A stretch of DNA of 64,000 nt, taken from NCBI GenBank assembly GCA_951406725.2, contig OX597821.1:36704001-36768000 (forward strand). Reading direction: 5' to 3'. This document shows, one piece after another, positions 1-12,830 of the stretch (positions are counted from its first letter, which is position 1; each line of letters opens with the position of its first letter). This stretch comes from Octopus vulgaris. Its lineage: Eukaryota. The notes beneath the pieces are model-generated. The model did not search any database and was not told where the DNA came from. It saw nothing but the letters and a program-made list of their open reading frames with translations. Both the position numbers and the translations under genes were made by a program.

Positions 1-481
1 TTCCCCTCTCTCCCTCACGCTTTCTCCTTGTCTCTCTTGTTGCTCACACGTGACCAACGGCTATCTATCTTTCTTTCTTCCACTTCCTTCCTAAAGACAA
101 GACGTGCTTTTGACTGTCTCTTTTCAAAGCTCGCTTCTCCAGCGTTCACCACTTTACCTCGTTATGGCTCAACAGCCTTTCCCGTTTCTTTTTACTATTT
201 GTTTACACTATCCTGTTTTTGTCACTACTTTAACCCTCCACAAATCCCAATATTTTTTTAATTTGCTTTACGGGAACGACTGTTTTAAGGAAGTCGCGTC
301 CTGCTCCTACGTTCGAAACGCGGAGTAGATAAAACTGATGAAGGGAATGTTCGTTATGTTGCCTGTCTCATTTCTCTATTTGTTTCTTTTGTTGTTCGAA
401 AAAAAAAAGATCGTTTTCCATGTTTTTGTTTTGTATGTTCTCGTTTCTCATTTTGTTCACGTTCTTTTGACGTCCTGTACC

Positions 482-483
<2 letters not shown>
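1..483 (+). mobile_element. Short non-coding (TA)n-abutting element with a rearranged hammerhead motif (copy 1; PLE pLTR/retrozyme-like)
   Basis: Homologous to 22200-22607: shared cctgtttttgtcact, ctgatgaaggg, tatgttctcgt and gtcctgtac ends, then runs directly into (TA)n at 484. Confidence 0.6.
261..348 (+). ncRNA. Candidate non-circularly-permuted hammerhead-like RNA, copy 1
   Basis: GUC 298-300, GAAA 315-318, CUGAUGA 335-341. Stem II gaacg(274-278)/cgttc(310-314). Stem III cgcgt(295-299)/acgcg(318-322). Stem I only partly paired (cta/tag distal). Confidence 0.5.
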
Positions 484-554
<71 letters not shown>

Positions 555-608
555 GTATATATATGTATGTACTTATATGTATGTATATATGCACATATAT
601 ATATATAT

Positions 609-658
<50 letters not shown>
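484..658. repeat. (TA)n/(TATG)n microsatellite, representative of dozens in the window
   Basis: Direct reading. Confidence 0.95.
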
Positions 659-662
<4 letters not shown>

Positions 663-1333
663 ACACTCAAAATAAATCTACTTATTAAATTTATTTTCAT
701 TTATCTATTATCAGAAAGGTTAAGTTGTTTGAGCTATGTTATGGAAAGTTTAATATCTAAAATTGGTCGTTTATGAGATCAAATAAAAAGAAAAGTTGAA
801 ACGAGTGAGTGAAGAGAATAAGAATAATTCTCTCGAAATGTAACACAACGCAATGTTAACATTTTTTTTCGAAATACAACAGCATTCTGTCTCAGAGGAT
901 ACTCGGAGAGTGAACCGATTTGTATGAATCTGCCTATAGAGTAACTTAAAATACATACACAATTTCACTCTCATGGCATTGGTCAACTCAAAGCTATGGT
1001 AAAAGACATATACCCTGGTTCAAGTCTCGTCAGATATTTATAGTCGCAACACAAATGTACTGAGCGCTTTAATTTGCTAAACCTATCAAAAGCTTATATA
1101 TATGTGTCTGTGTTTGTGTGTGTGTGTGTGTTTATAAGTGTGTGTGTATATATATATATACATTTATTCACACACAGATTTATTTATACATATTATATAC
1201 ATGCGTGGTATAAATGACATTACTAGGTTAACATTACTTGCATAAGAAATGACGAAATAAATTTAATATTCAGCCAGAACACCCTGGATAGCTTGATTTC
1301 ACATGATTTTGCGCGTTTTTTTTATTAATGTAG

Positions 1334-1372
<39 letters not shown>

Positions 1373-1449
1373 CGTGTGTGCATGTGTGTCTGTGTGTGTG
1401 ATGCGAGTGTGTGTATGTATGCATATATATATATAGATACATACATACG

Positions 1450-1912
1450 TACAAGGTCTAATCGATAAGTATCCGGAATGTTGCCATAGTAACGATGCTA
1501 AAGCACACAGAGTGAAGCTGCTTGGCACAGATTTACAATAGTGCTTGGGATGAAGATGTGTAGCGTGTGATCGTCGCACTGAACATGACAAAGTTGAGCA
1601 GAGAATCTGCATTAAATTTTGCCAAAAGCTTGGTGATACCTGCTCAGAGACCTACACAGTTTTCAAAAAGTTTTCATCATTCTCGACGCAGTCAAAAACA
1701 TCTTGTACAACTGAAACCCGAGTGCCTTTTTGATCAGCTGAAGGCAGTTTGGGCACAAGCTTGGCAGATACGAGTCTCATACCCAAATTTTCAGTGATAA
1801 TGGACTGAACTGAACCGTAACTAACCTGTACGTCTTCTGATAACTCACGAATGGTGATTCGACCATTTCCCCTCACAGCTACACACACATCTGTGATATT
1901 TTTCTCAGTTCT
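1450..1912. mobile_element. Mariner transposon relic with internal inversion
   Basis: TA plus TIR-like caaggtctaatcgataagtatccgga. + strand gives ..KVEQRICIKFCQKLGDTCSETY (HTH start). - strand 1660-1910 gives RITIRELSEDVQVSYGSVQSIITENLGMRLVSAKLVPKL (second HTH and WVPHEL-like motif). Confidence 0.85.
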
Positions 1913-2010
1913 ACATACATACAATCATACATACATGTATGATTGTATGTATGTACGGAGGTACGTCTGTCTGTCTTTTCCTCTCTCTCGATATATATAT
2001 ATATGTGTGT

Positions 2011-2331
2011 GAAGGCGCGTGGCTCAGTGGTTAGGGGCATTCGACTCATGATCGCAACGTCGTGAGTTCAATTCCCGGCGGCGCGTTGTGTCCTTGAGCA
2101 AGACACTTTATTTCACGTTGCTCGGTCCACTCAGCTGGCAAAAATTGGTGGTACCTGTATTTCAAAGGGCCACCCTTGTCACATTCTGTGTTACGCTGAA
2201 TCTCGCCGAGAACAACGTTATGGGTACACGTGTTTGTGGAGTGCTCAGCCACTTACACGTTAATTTCACGAGCAAGCTGTTCTGTTGATCGTATTGGCTG
2301 GGACCCTCGTCATCGCAACCGACGGAGTACC
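2011..2331 (+). mobile_element. tRNA-derived SINE (head type 2, tail type X)
   Basis: A box tggctcagtgg and B box gagttcaattcc. 3' half matches 45067-45250 (reverse); head matches 42500-42615. Confidence 0.85.
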
Positions 2332-2436
<105 letters not shown>

Positions 2437-2447
2437 TATATACATAC

Positions 2448-2504
<57 letters not shown>

Positions 2505-2940
2505 TTCAGGAACTTTTCGAGGTAGACATAGAGATTAAAAATCAACAATGGTCAAAAATGTAATAAAATAGGGAAAGGGTGGAAGAGGAGTGCGACACAA
2601 AAAGATTTAAGTTAGAAATTCTATGGCATGACTGAATGACAGAATGAGTAACTAATCCCGTAACCAAGGTGTGGTAAGAAAAATACTTGACCGTGCGTAT
2701 GTGTATACCTGTAAGTATCCATACCTGTGAGTGCGCACAAATCATTTACTAACACTAAAGTTGTCACAGGTGTGAAACTAGTAAGCCTTCTTTAGATGAT
2801 TAAAACGATGAATAGCAGCGCAATATTAGGCATAGAAGGATTAAATTAATGGACTTAAAACGTAGCATTTTGTCATTCTTATACTCTCACTCGCGTCAGA
2901 AAGGTCATATATATGCCGATCATTTCATTTAGAAGTTTTC

Positions 2941-3021
<81 letters not shown>

Positions 3022-3125
3022 ATATGTATGTATGTATGTATGTATTGCATATATATATATATATATATATATGTACATATATATATGTATATATATATAT
3101 ATACATATATATACATATATATATA

Positions 3126-3761
3126 TATAATAATCCAGGTTTCTCGTAGCACTAGGCCACTTGGTGTTGAATAGATATACTATTAAATTAGTATCTAATT
3201 CTCTCACCCTTATTAATTAATTATAATTATGCTGCATTTATTTCTAAATGCTGTATTTGTTTTCCGTGAAAGTTTGGCGCGCTGTTAGTTGGGGCATTTG
3301 AATTATAACGTCGGATGTAATCAATTGAACCACACGCGTATTTATCGTTATGGTAAAATCTGGCGTGTGATTGAGTGGATTTCATCCAGATAGTTTTGGC
3401 TGACGAGCTACAAATGGATTTTTTTTGTAAGTAAAATTACATTTAATTCATTAATAGCGAAACAATTGTCCCAAAATAATCTGTATTTTTGTTATTTTTT
3501 ATTTGCCCTGTCCGTGTGAGCTAACAATCGTACTGACTTTCATGGGAAACATGTATTTTCGTGGTTGAAACCTTTTGGATTAACTGGTGCTAGAGTGAGC
3601 CATATAGTGACCACTCTCTTATATTTATTTTGTAAAAATATTATAATATGTTATAAAATATTATAATAATCCAGGTTTCTCGTAGCACTAGGCCACTTGG
3701 TGTTGAATAGATATACTATTAAATTAGTATCTAATTCTCTCACCCTTATTAATTAATTATA
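3126..3761 (+). mobile_element. 536-bp unit with 100-bp terminal direct repeat and internal hammerhead (retrozyme/pLTR-like)
   Basis: 3126-3225 reads identical to 3662-3761. (TA)n on both sides. HHR at 3387-3483. No ORF. Confidence 0.8.
3387..3483 (+). ncRNA. Type I hammerhead ribozyme with intact core
   Basis: Stem I ttttgg/ccaaaa (extends cagat/atctg), CUGACGA 3400-3406, stem II gcta/tagc with structured 44-nt interior, GAAA 3459-3462, palindromic stem III ACAAUUGU, GUC 3468-3470. Confidence 0.9.
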
Positions 3762-3772
3762 TGTACATATAT

Positions 3773-3810
<38 letters not shown>

Positions 3811-4199
3811 GTATATGTATGTATGTATGCATGTATGTTTGTATATATATATACATATACACACGTATGTATTTGTAAGTGTGTATATACATTTGCAGGT
3901 GAGATTATCTATACTTAAATTTTGTTGTATCAGCAATCTTCATGATACGATCATTATATTTAAGAATGGAAAATAGTGTGTACATATATAGACACATACT
4001 TATACACACACACACACACATGTATATATACACCCATATAAGTATATATATTATAACTTCAAACACACCCACACCGGCTCTCAAACCTCACTGGGAGCCA
4101 AACATAGACACAAAGACACACACACATATGTATGCATATGTACGTGTATGTATGTATATATATATATATATATATACATATATACACATATATATAAAT

Positions 4200-4592
4200 G
4201 TGTGGTTTAGATAGTATGCAACCACATGGTATCAGATTCAGTGACCTTGGACAAGTGTCGTATACTATTCCCCATTAATCCCTCGTGATGGAATTTCGTA
4301 GATGGAAACAATGTGATAAACTTTCATGTTGATATGTTCCGAGTTCAGTCCCACTGCGTGGCACCTTGGGAAACTGTCTTCAACTCGGACCGACCGAAGC
4401 CTTGTGAGTGGATTTGGTAACGGAAACTGAAAGAAGCGCGTCGTATGTGTGTGTGTGTGTGTTTATATATTTATATATGTGTATTTTTGTGTGTATGTTT
4501 TTACCCCCACCACACTTGACAACCGATATTGGTATGTTTGCGTCTCCTTAAACTAGCGGTACGGCCAAATATACCGACAGAATAAGTACTAG
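4200..4592 (+). mobile_element. SINE family A, degenerate, two partial heads
   Basis: cagtcccactgcgtggcaccttggg...gccttgtgagtggatttggta...gaataagtactagg matches 5872-6288. Confidence 0.75.
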
Positions 4593-5411
4593 GAAAAGGG
4601 CAATGGACTGACAGAATCATTAACCCGTCACACAAAATGCCTTGTAGTGTTATACTATAATTTTGTTGTTTTCAAAATTGGGGGCAAGAAGTTAATTATG
4701 TAGAATAAACATACTCGGTGCCAGAACATCTAAGCACCAAAACATCTAGTCTCAAATGAAATTCAACATGCAATCAGAGACGTTGAAAGAATGATGTCAA
4801 ACGGGTAGCAGTAAACCATGTCTAACGTAGTTTTAAAATTATGCTTTTTCAGAACCAGCACCGAAAAACATTCTGTGCCAAACTGAATTCAGCATCGGAT
4901 CGTATCTTCTATTCCAAAGGCGTGATTTCAAAAGGGCTGCGCCAAAACGTCCCAGACCCAATAAATTTGCGAGTTAAAATGCCTCTTCGATTCAGCTCAG
5001 ACTTCACATCAATTGGAGGTGATTTCCGGTCATAATCAATGGCTTGGAGAGGCATAGTCTCTTTTAGGCTGACCTATCTTTGACCCATTCTATCAAACTA
5101 AAATTCAGTCTGAAAACTCCTTACTGGTTAAGAGTCGCAGAATGTACTTTTTTACTTTTGCGTTTTCATTCATATTTCTGTAAATTTATGCTTTCTTGGA
5201 AGCAAAATGTGTTGCTATGTATATATATGTGCATTTATGCGTACATGCGTGTCTGTTTATATAAATACTTACATACGTTTATACGTGATACTATCAATGG
5301 TTATTTCGATGATATCGTCTTCTCCTACCCATATCCTCCATCATTTAACATTAAGTAGCCCAACAGAAGCATTATACATATATACAAACTCGTACAACAT
5401 AAACAAGTGTA

Positions 5412-5562
5412 AGTATGTATGTATGTATGTATGTATGTATGTATGTATGTATGTATGTATGTATGTATGTATGTATGTGTGTATGTATGTATGTATGTAT
5501 GTGTGTATGTATGTATGTATGTATGTATGTGTGTATGTACGTACGTACGTACGTATGTATAG

Positions 5563-5633
<71 letters not shown>

Positions 5634-5660
5634 CAGACAGACAGACAGACAGACAGACAT
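5412..5660. repeat. Compound microsatellite (TATG)n-(TACG)n-(TAGA)n-(CAGA)n
   Basis: Direct reading. Confidence 0.95.
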
Positions 5661-5871
5661 ACATATATGTGCGTGTGTGCATTTATACTTATATGTGTGT
5701 GAGTGTACGTGTACGTATGTGTGTGTGAGTGTGTGCGTGTGTGTGTTTGTTTCTATTTGTGTGAGAGTTGATGAAAGAGAAAGAAAATTACATAGATATA
5801 CACATTGTGACAATCACACCGGCCTGTAAATTCATATGTCTATAAACATTCATACACAAATATATACACAC

Positions 5872-6288
5872 GTAGGAGTGGCTGTGTGGTAAGTAGCTTG
5901 CTTACCAACCACATGGTTCCAGGTTCAGTCCCACTGCGTGGCACCTTGGGCAAGTGTCTTCTACTATAGCCTCGGGCTGACTAAAGCCTTGTGAGTGGAT
6001 TTGGTAGACGGAAACTGAAATAAGCCCGTCGTATATATGTATATATATATATGTGTGTATGTGCGTGTCTATATGTTTGTGTGTCTGTGCCTGTCCCCCC
6101 ACCCAACATCGCTTGACAACCGATGCTGGTGTGTTTACGTCCCAGTAAGCTAGCGGTTCGGCAAAAGAGACCGATAGAATAAGTACTAGGCTTAGAAAGA
6201 ATAAGTCCTGGGGTCGATTTGCTCGACAAAAGGCGGTGTTCCAGCATGGCCACAGTTACATGACTGAAACAAGTAAAAGAGTAAAGAG
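5872..6288 (+). mobile_element. SINE family A, full length
   Basis: tRNA-like head (tggctgtgtggt...ggttcagtccc), internal TA/TG tract, LINE-like 3' tail ggcggtgttccagcatggccacag..gactgaaac; more than 10 copies in the window. Confidence 0.9.
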
Positions 6289-6880
6289 TGTATATATGCA
6301 CACAGTCACATTTGTATGAGTATGTTAAACAGATAAAGGTCAAGTTAGCTCCTTCTTTCAAAGTAATTTAACTGGACGACGGTAAAGACGAATGTGACCA
6401 GTACCATGAGCATAAGTATTTTATTGACCTTTGAAAGGATACAAAATGATATAGTTGAACACAGCGGGATTGGACCTCAGAACATTAGTGACCGTGATTA
6501 AATACCATAAGATACTTGTATCCCCCCATACTCTAGCAACAACAATAATCCAATGCGTTCCAGAGGTTGGAAGTATTAATCACGGAAGCTTGTTCTGAGT
6601 ATCACTTTTTTTAAAATTTGCTTTAAAGTGTGGAGAAAAGGAATATGATGAAAGTAGCAAATATAAAACTGTTGCTTGTGATTCTACCAAGAATCTAACA
6701 AACTAGGGTGAAAACCTCCATGTGAGTGCTTGACCTTCCAAAAAATAGCAACCAAATTGCCCTCATATTACACTGTACAGTTTAAAAATATGGAAGGACG
6801 CATTAGATAATGCAGGCCAAGATATAAGTGTTTTGGACAAACTCTCTTTAATGATAGATCTGTGGATCTATAAATATACA

Positions 6881-7095
6881 AGGTGAGCTGGAAGAATCGT
6901 TAGTACACTGGGCAAAATGCTTGACGGCATTTCGTCCAGCTTTACATTCTGAGTTCAAATTCTGCCGAGGTCGACTTTGCCTTTCATCCTTTCGAGGTCG
7001 ATAAAATAAATACCGGCTGAGCACTGGTGTCAATGTAATCGACTTAACCACCTGCCCCCAAAATTGCTGGACTTGTACCAAAATTTAAAACCAGT
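6881..7095 (+). mobile_element. SINE family B
   Basis: gagctgg..gaatcgttag...gagttcaaattc.gccgaggtcgactttgcctttcatcc matches 31531 and 40271. Confidence 0.85.
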
Positions 7096-7144
7096 ATATA
7101 ACATTATATTTGCATTGAGATTTATCATCAAAGTCCGATGCCTA

Positions 7145-7191
7145 CCACCTGAAAACCTAAAAGGTGTCACTGCTGAAACGTGTGTCAGGGG
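7145..7191 (+). ncRNA. Degenerate hammerhead-like relic
   Basis: CUGAAAA...GAAAC gtgt GUC agggg; G8 lost and stems poor. Confidence 0.3.
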
Positions 7192-8243
7192 TTTGTCTTC
7201 ACTTGCATAGTCGATTAAATGGGCCCACCGAAGCGATGACTCAGCCTTGGTGATGTTTGAACTCAGAAAAGTTAAAATGACCAGATAAAAATACGCAAGT
7301 CATGTTAGCGAACAGCCGACATTTTCTACCACTCAAGCCATCTTTTGTGTGCATAAATAATAACATTTATAAAAGAAAAAAAATGTAGTGGATGACAGAA
7401 GAAAAAAGAATGGAACAGAGGAGGGCAGTATTTTTCAGCGTTGATTGGCGTCTAATAGGATTGTGTCGTCGCTATGTATAGTAACTTCGTGTCATAGATA
7501 TCATCACTGCTAATTGCTTATGTATATATAGAAGAGTGAGGAGCCTCTTTATACAAAGTGTTAGTAACAGAAACCTCAGTACGGTTTCTCTCGTAAAGCC
7601 TTTAAAATAACCGAGTGATATTCACACTCTATTTTCTGTCTTTCTCATCCTTTCTCTCTTTCTCTTCCTCACTCTCTCTCTCTCTGCCCCCCCTCTCTCT
7701 CTCTCTCTCTCATTCAATAAGACGTTCACCAATCCTTTTACTCCTGTTTTACTGCATTTTGCTATTGGCGTCATCTCTTTTGTGATTGTTTTGTTCCTGT
7801 ACTATTATTGTCACTTATCCACAGTCACTTTGGTCACCACTTTAATGCATTCATTTCTGTTTGCTTTATTCGTTTTTTTTTTTTGCTGTTTTTTTTTTTG
7901 GAGGTGGGTTATTCTTCGCGTATATGTATAGGTATGTGTGTTTGTATGTAAAACGCTGCACGGAAAGACGAAAAAGGAACAAGGAAGAGATGGGAGAAAC
8001 AATACAATGGACATGGATACGTTCACCCCTATATCGACCAAAAATCCTCACAGTTTAAACATCTTAGGTATATACATACATAACTACAAATATAAAAATA
8101 TATATTCACACACACACATACACATATATATACATATACGAGTGAGGTTTCTGTAAGAAGCCTGCGAAAGTGGCATAGAGCCGATTCAGATTGTTTGAAG
8201 TTATAATATATATACTTATATGGGTGTATATATACATGTGTGC

Positions 8244-8374
<131 letters not shown>

Positions 8375-8384
8375 TGAGTGTAGT

Positions 8385-8585
8385 TCAAATTTAGAGAAAA
8401 CAAGAGACAAATACAGGTTAAAATAAAACAAGCAGGTGTATTAGTTTAACGCTCGGGAGAAATGGAAAACTATTTCACATTTCGAGCCTACGCACTTCAG
8501 CAGAAAAAAAACTTAGAGAGAACGAGAAAATGTCAGAGAGAGAAAAAATGTACAAGGATTAACGGTTCAACATAATGAAAAACAT
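8385..8585 (-). mobile_element. Short HHR-bearing element, family E (decayed)
   Basis: Reverse strand reads tttCTGCTGAagtgcgtaggctcGAAAtgtgaaa...cccgagcgttaaactaatacac, homologous to 57473-57672. Confidence 0.65.
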
Positions 8586-8592
8586 GTATGTA

Positions 8593-8625
<33 letters not shown>

Positions 8626-8664
8626 ATGTATGTATGTATGTATGTATGTATGTATGTATGTATG

Positions 8665-10113
8665 TATGTATGTATATACATATATGGTGAATGAAAGACG
8701 GAAGATGAAAAATACGAGAATTTTTATTAATCACGACCATTGTTTCGACACATCTAGCATCGATCCCTTCCGGGCGGGATACTTAACAACTGATTCAGGA
8801 GCATCCGACGATGCAGATGTGTCTTTTCGGGTGGGTAAAATAGATATAACTCGTTAAAATCACAGTTCCGCAATGTATCTTCTTGTTTTGTGTAAAGATA
8901 AGCAGCAAAACAAAGCTATATTTTCATTTCTATTGCTTGTTACTTGCTAGACTTTATCACTTTCGATCCTGATCGTTCTTTGCAGTGCGAACCACTGTTT
9001 GGTGTTGACGATTCCCCGCTTACTAATTCGCTAATACGATCTCAGTAAGCTTGGCGCGCTGGGAACGGCACGTTCAAACGTTCAGGTGTCCCTCCCTATG
9101 ATTTTATTTTGGTTGACTGTACAGATTACAATTTTGTGGTATGCATACCCAACTATTTTAAATCGTGGACATCTTATGTTATCTTTGTCTATTGGCTTAC
9201 AGAATACTCTAAGTACAAACTAGAGGACTCGATGCGGTTTGTCCGCGCCCACACGGATACATTCGGGATATTCAGTCGGTGTCTGTCAGACAGCTGGAAA
9301 CACTTGAGTAGGTTTGAGAGATTTTTGCATTCCACACACCCATCAACTAGTCCCCGATCTATCATGCATGCCTGATGACGTTCGAATTACATAAAAGCAC
9401 TGAAGTGTGGGACGTTCCTGGGAATCATCCTCTTTCAGTAATATATTTCTATCTGTTTCTTTTGGCATTGCAATACTTACAGCTACCACAGCAATACGTA
9501 TTATCATATTAGTAAACTGATTAAGAACACATATATGATCAATTTAATTATAAGCGTGACGGTCCAGTTTTCTTCGTTTGTGTTCTTTTGTTTGTTTTCT
9601 TTCCCCACGATTTAAAATAGTTGGGTATGCATACCACAAAGCTGTAATCTGTACAGTCAACCAAAATAAAATCATAGGGAGGGACACCTGAATGTTTGAA
9701 CGTGCCGTTCCCGACGCGCCAAGCTTACTGAGATCGTATTAGCGAATTAGTATGCGGGGAATCGTCAACACCAAACAGTGGTTCGCACTGCAAAGAACGA
9801 TCAGGATCGAAAGTGGTAAAGTCTAGCAAGTAACAAGCAATAGAAATGAAAATATAGCCCTTGTTTTGCTGCTTATCTTTACACAAAACGAGAAGATACA
9901 TTGCGGAACTGTGATTTTAACGAGTTATATCTATTTTACCCACCCGAAAAAACACATCTGCACCGTCGGATGCTCCTGAATCAGTTGTTAAGTATCCCAC
10001 CGGGAAGGGATCAATGCTAGATGTGTCGAAACAATGATCGTGATTAATAAAAATTCTCGTATTTTTCATCTTCCGTCTTTCATTCACCATATATGTATAT
10101 ATACACATACATA
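8665..10113. repeat. About 505-bp inverted repeat (8665-9168 / 9605-10113) with 436-bp spacer; each arm carries an HHR-like motif
   Basis: The ORF track gives near-identical peptides on opposite strands (MVNERRKMKNTRIFINHDHCFDTSSIDPF). Arms end at aatcgtgg/ccacgatt and are flanked by (TATG)n/(CATA)n. Confidence 0.9.
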
Positions 10114-10181
10114 CATCTAAGACATTATCCCTTGTGTTTCTCCTGTTTAAAATCGATTTTATTACTAATTCTAGTAGGCTG

Positions 10182-10397
10182 AAGGCAGCGAGTTGGCAAA
10201 ATCGCTAGTGTGTCGGGCAAATCCTTAGCGGTACCTTTTTCCGTCTCATTACATTCTGAGTTCAAATATTGCAGAGGTCAATTAATGCCTTAAACATTTA
10301 CGGATTCATAAAATAAAGCACCAGTCGAAACCTGGGGCCGATGTAACGGTTAAACCTCTCCACTTAAAACTGCTGTCAATGTGCCAAAGCTTGAAAC
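10182..10397 (+). mobile_element. SINE family B, degenerate
   Basis: ggcagcgagttggcaaaatcgctag...cattctgagttcaaat. Confidence 0.7.
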
Positions 10398-10767
10398 TTT
10401 TCTCCGCTAATTTATTGCATTTCATTTCCACCGCCTTCTGTATTTTCTTCTGGTGAATCAGTGAGTTGAACAAAGCAACCCTTATGTATGTTTTCTTCCA
10501 ATGATGTAGGGTATGGTATCTCAAAAAATTAACCCCTACATCTCGTTGATCTTTGATGTTTCTGAGCAATGCATTGAAAAGCTGTGGAATCTTGAAACAT
10601 AAGCTGTCATTACTCTACATGGAGAGAATGAGACTTTTGGTACTCTGTAATGGTGTCAAGTTCGGAGGCTGGTATAGCTTTCAGTGCCAAAGTTAGGTGA
10701 CAGACCGTCCAAGATGTATATGTGTATGTGTGTATTTATATGGGTAAATATGTAAATATATGTGTGC

Positions 10768-10828
<61 letters not shown>

Positions 10829-10899
10829 TGCAGGCACTCACGTGTTATGGGATCGCGTGGCCTAGTTGTTAGAGTATTTGGCTCACGTTCAGCTCCAGG

Positions 10900-10969
<70 letters not shown>

Positions 10970-11250
10970 CCGTCCCAAACAGCAATATCTGGCCTGTTAT
11001 GCTGACACTTCACAGATGTTTCGATGGAAATGTTAAATGAGTATTCCTTATGTTGACAGTTGTGCATGTATTCCGTAACAAGGGGATTCTCTGTATTTAT
11101 TCCAGGACAGTCTTTTTTCCCCAAAATGGCATTGTATATTGCCTTAGCGACAACGTCGACACGTATAGGGAGGTAAAACCTTGCTGACATTTTGGGGTAG
11201 CTGCTAATCACGTGTGATGTCTTCCACAGAAATATGACATAATCTACATT
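10970..11250 (-). mobile_element. RLE-type (R2/R4/Dong-like) non-LTR retrotransposon fragment: CCHC remnant plus restriction-like endonuclease
   Basis: HVISSYPKMSARFYLPIRVDVVAKAIYN...VKCQHNRPDIAVWD, matching HxxxxC...RHD...RPD motifs with substitutions. Confidence 0.8.
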
Positions 11251-11287
11251 GTATGTATGTATGTATTTATGTATGTACGTATTTATG

Positions 11288-11387
<100 letters not shown>

Positions 11388-11505
11388 TGTATGTATGTAT
11401 GTATGTATCTATGTATGTATGTATGTATGTATGTATGTATGTATGTATGTATGTATGTACGAACGTATGGTTGCGTTTGTTCAACAACTAAGTTTCTGAT
11501 ACGGA

Positions 11506-11556
<51 letters not shown>

Positions 11557-12078
11557 GAAGAAAGGAAGAAAGAAAGACCACGAAGTCACGGTCGGTACTC
11601 CTTGGATAATAACTATTCTGCTCAGTACGCCTGGCCTGTTGCCAAACAATAGCAATAACAACTGGAAATTAATTTTTTTTTTTTACTACCATGAATAGGA
11701 TGAAAAACGAACTCGGTCCCGTTGTGAATGAAATATAAGGATAGGACCAGCGGAGTGATGAGGGGCGCAAGGGAAAAACTTACAATATACAGCATGTAAA
11801 CCAGAGGCGATCAAGCAAGCCTAGCAATTCATTGTCCGGTCATCAAGGATATTACCTTTAACATTAAAACGACATCTAAAGAGAACAGCAATATCATAAG
11901 CATGGAACTTGTATGTTGTATGTCTTTTTAATTCACTGCTCTTGACCTTCCAAACCTGACTGGGAAGTGGGCGGAGGCAGTGGTTGCTATTTTGTTTCGG
12001 TTTTATTTATGTTTATATTTATTTTTTTAATGCTCGCTTTAAAAAAAAAATTTAATTTTGAAGCTGCTTGTAAATTAT

Positions 12079-12113
<35 letters not shown>

Positions 12114-12118
12114 CTTCC

Positions 12119-12182
<64 letters not shown>

Positions 12183-12758
12183 CACACGCATACACATTTA
12201 TATATATAAGTACATATATTGCCTCTAAATTATTACAGTATATATGTGTGTGTCTATGTGAGTATATAAATACATACACACACACACACACACATACATA
12301 TATACATATGTACATACATATATATATATATACACGCATATATATATATATATACACACATATATATATATATACATACGTACACTATAGACATACATAT
12401 ACATAGCGATATGCTTATACATGCATTATATAAATATGTATGCTTGTATGTATATGTAAGTATTATGCACACATATATATATATACATACATACATACAT
12501 ACATGCATACATACGTACTTACATATATACATATATACATACACAAATACACAAATAAAAACACAGACTCACGCGCGCACACACACACATACACATACAC
12601 ACACACAGAAAAATGCAATAAATACAAAAGAGAAAAACACTAAATAACTATAGAAATCAGTCAATTATAGGTATATTATACACACATACATACATACATA
12701 CATATATGCATGTGTGTGCGTGCGTGTGTGTGTGTGTGTATCAGTGTATGATATGCTT

Positions 12759-12830
<72 letters not shown>

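Noticed and set aside
1020-1040. - strand ctgacga; similar isolated CUGANGA hits at about 21233, 26525 and 35597
   Set aside because: No correctly placed GAAA with paired stems; expected by chance
4841-5035. Unique 64-aa ORF after a tttttcag acceptor-like site
   Set aside because: No recognisable homology or clear donor; cannot support an exon
9368-9395. ctgatgacgttcgaa in the inverted-repeat spacer
   Set aside because: No GAAA and no supporting helices
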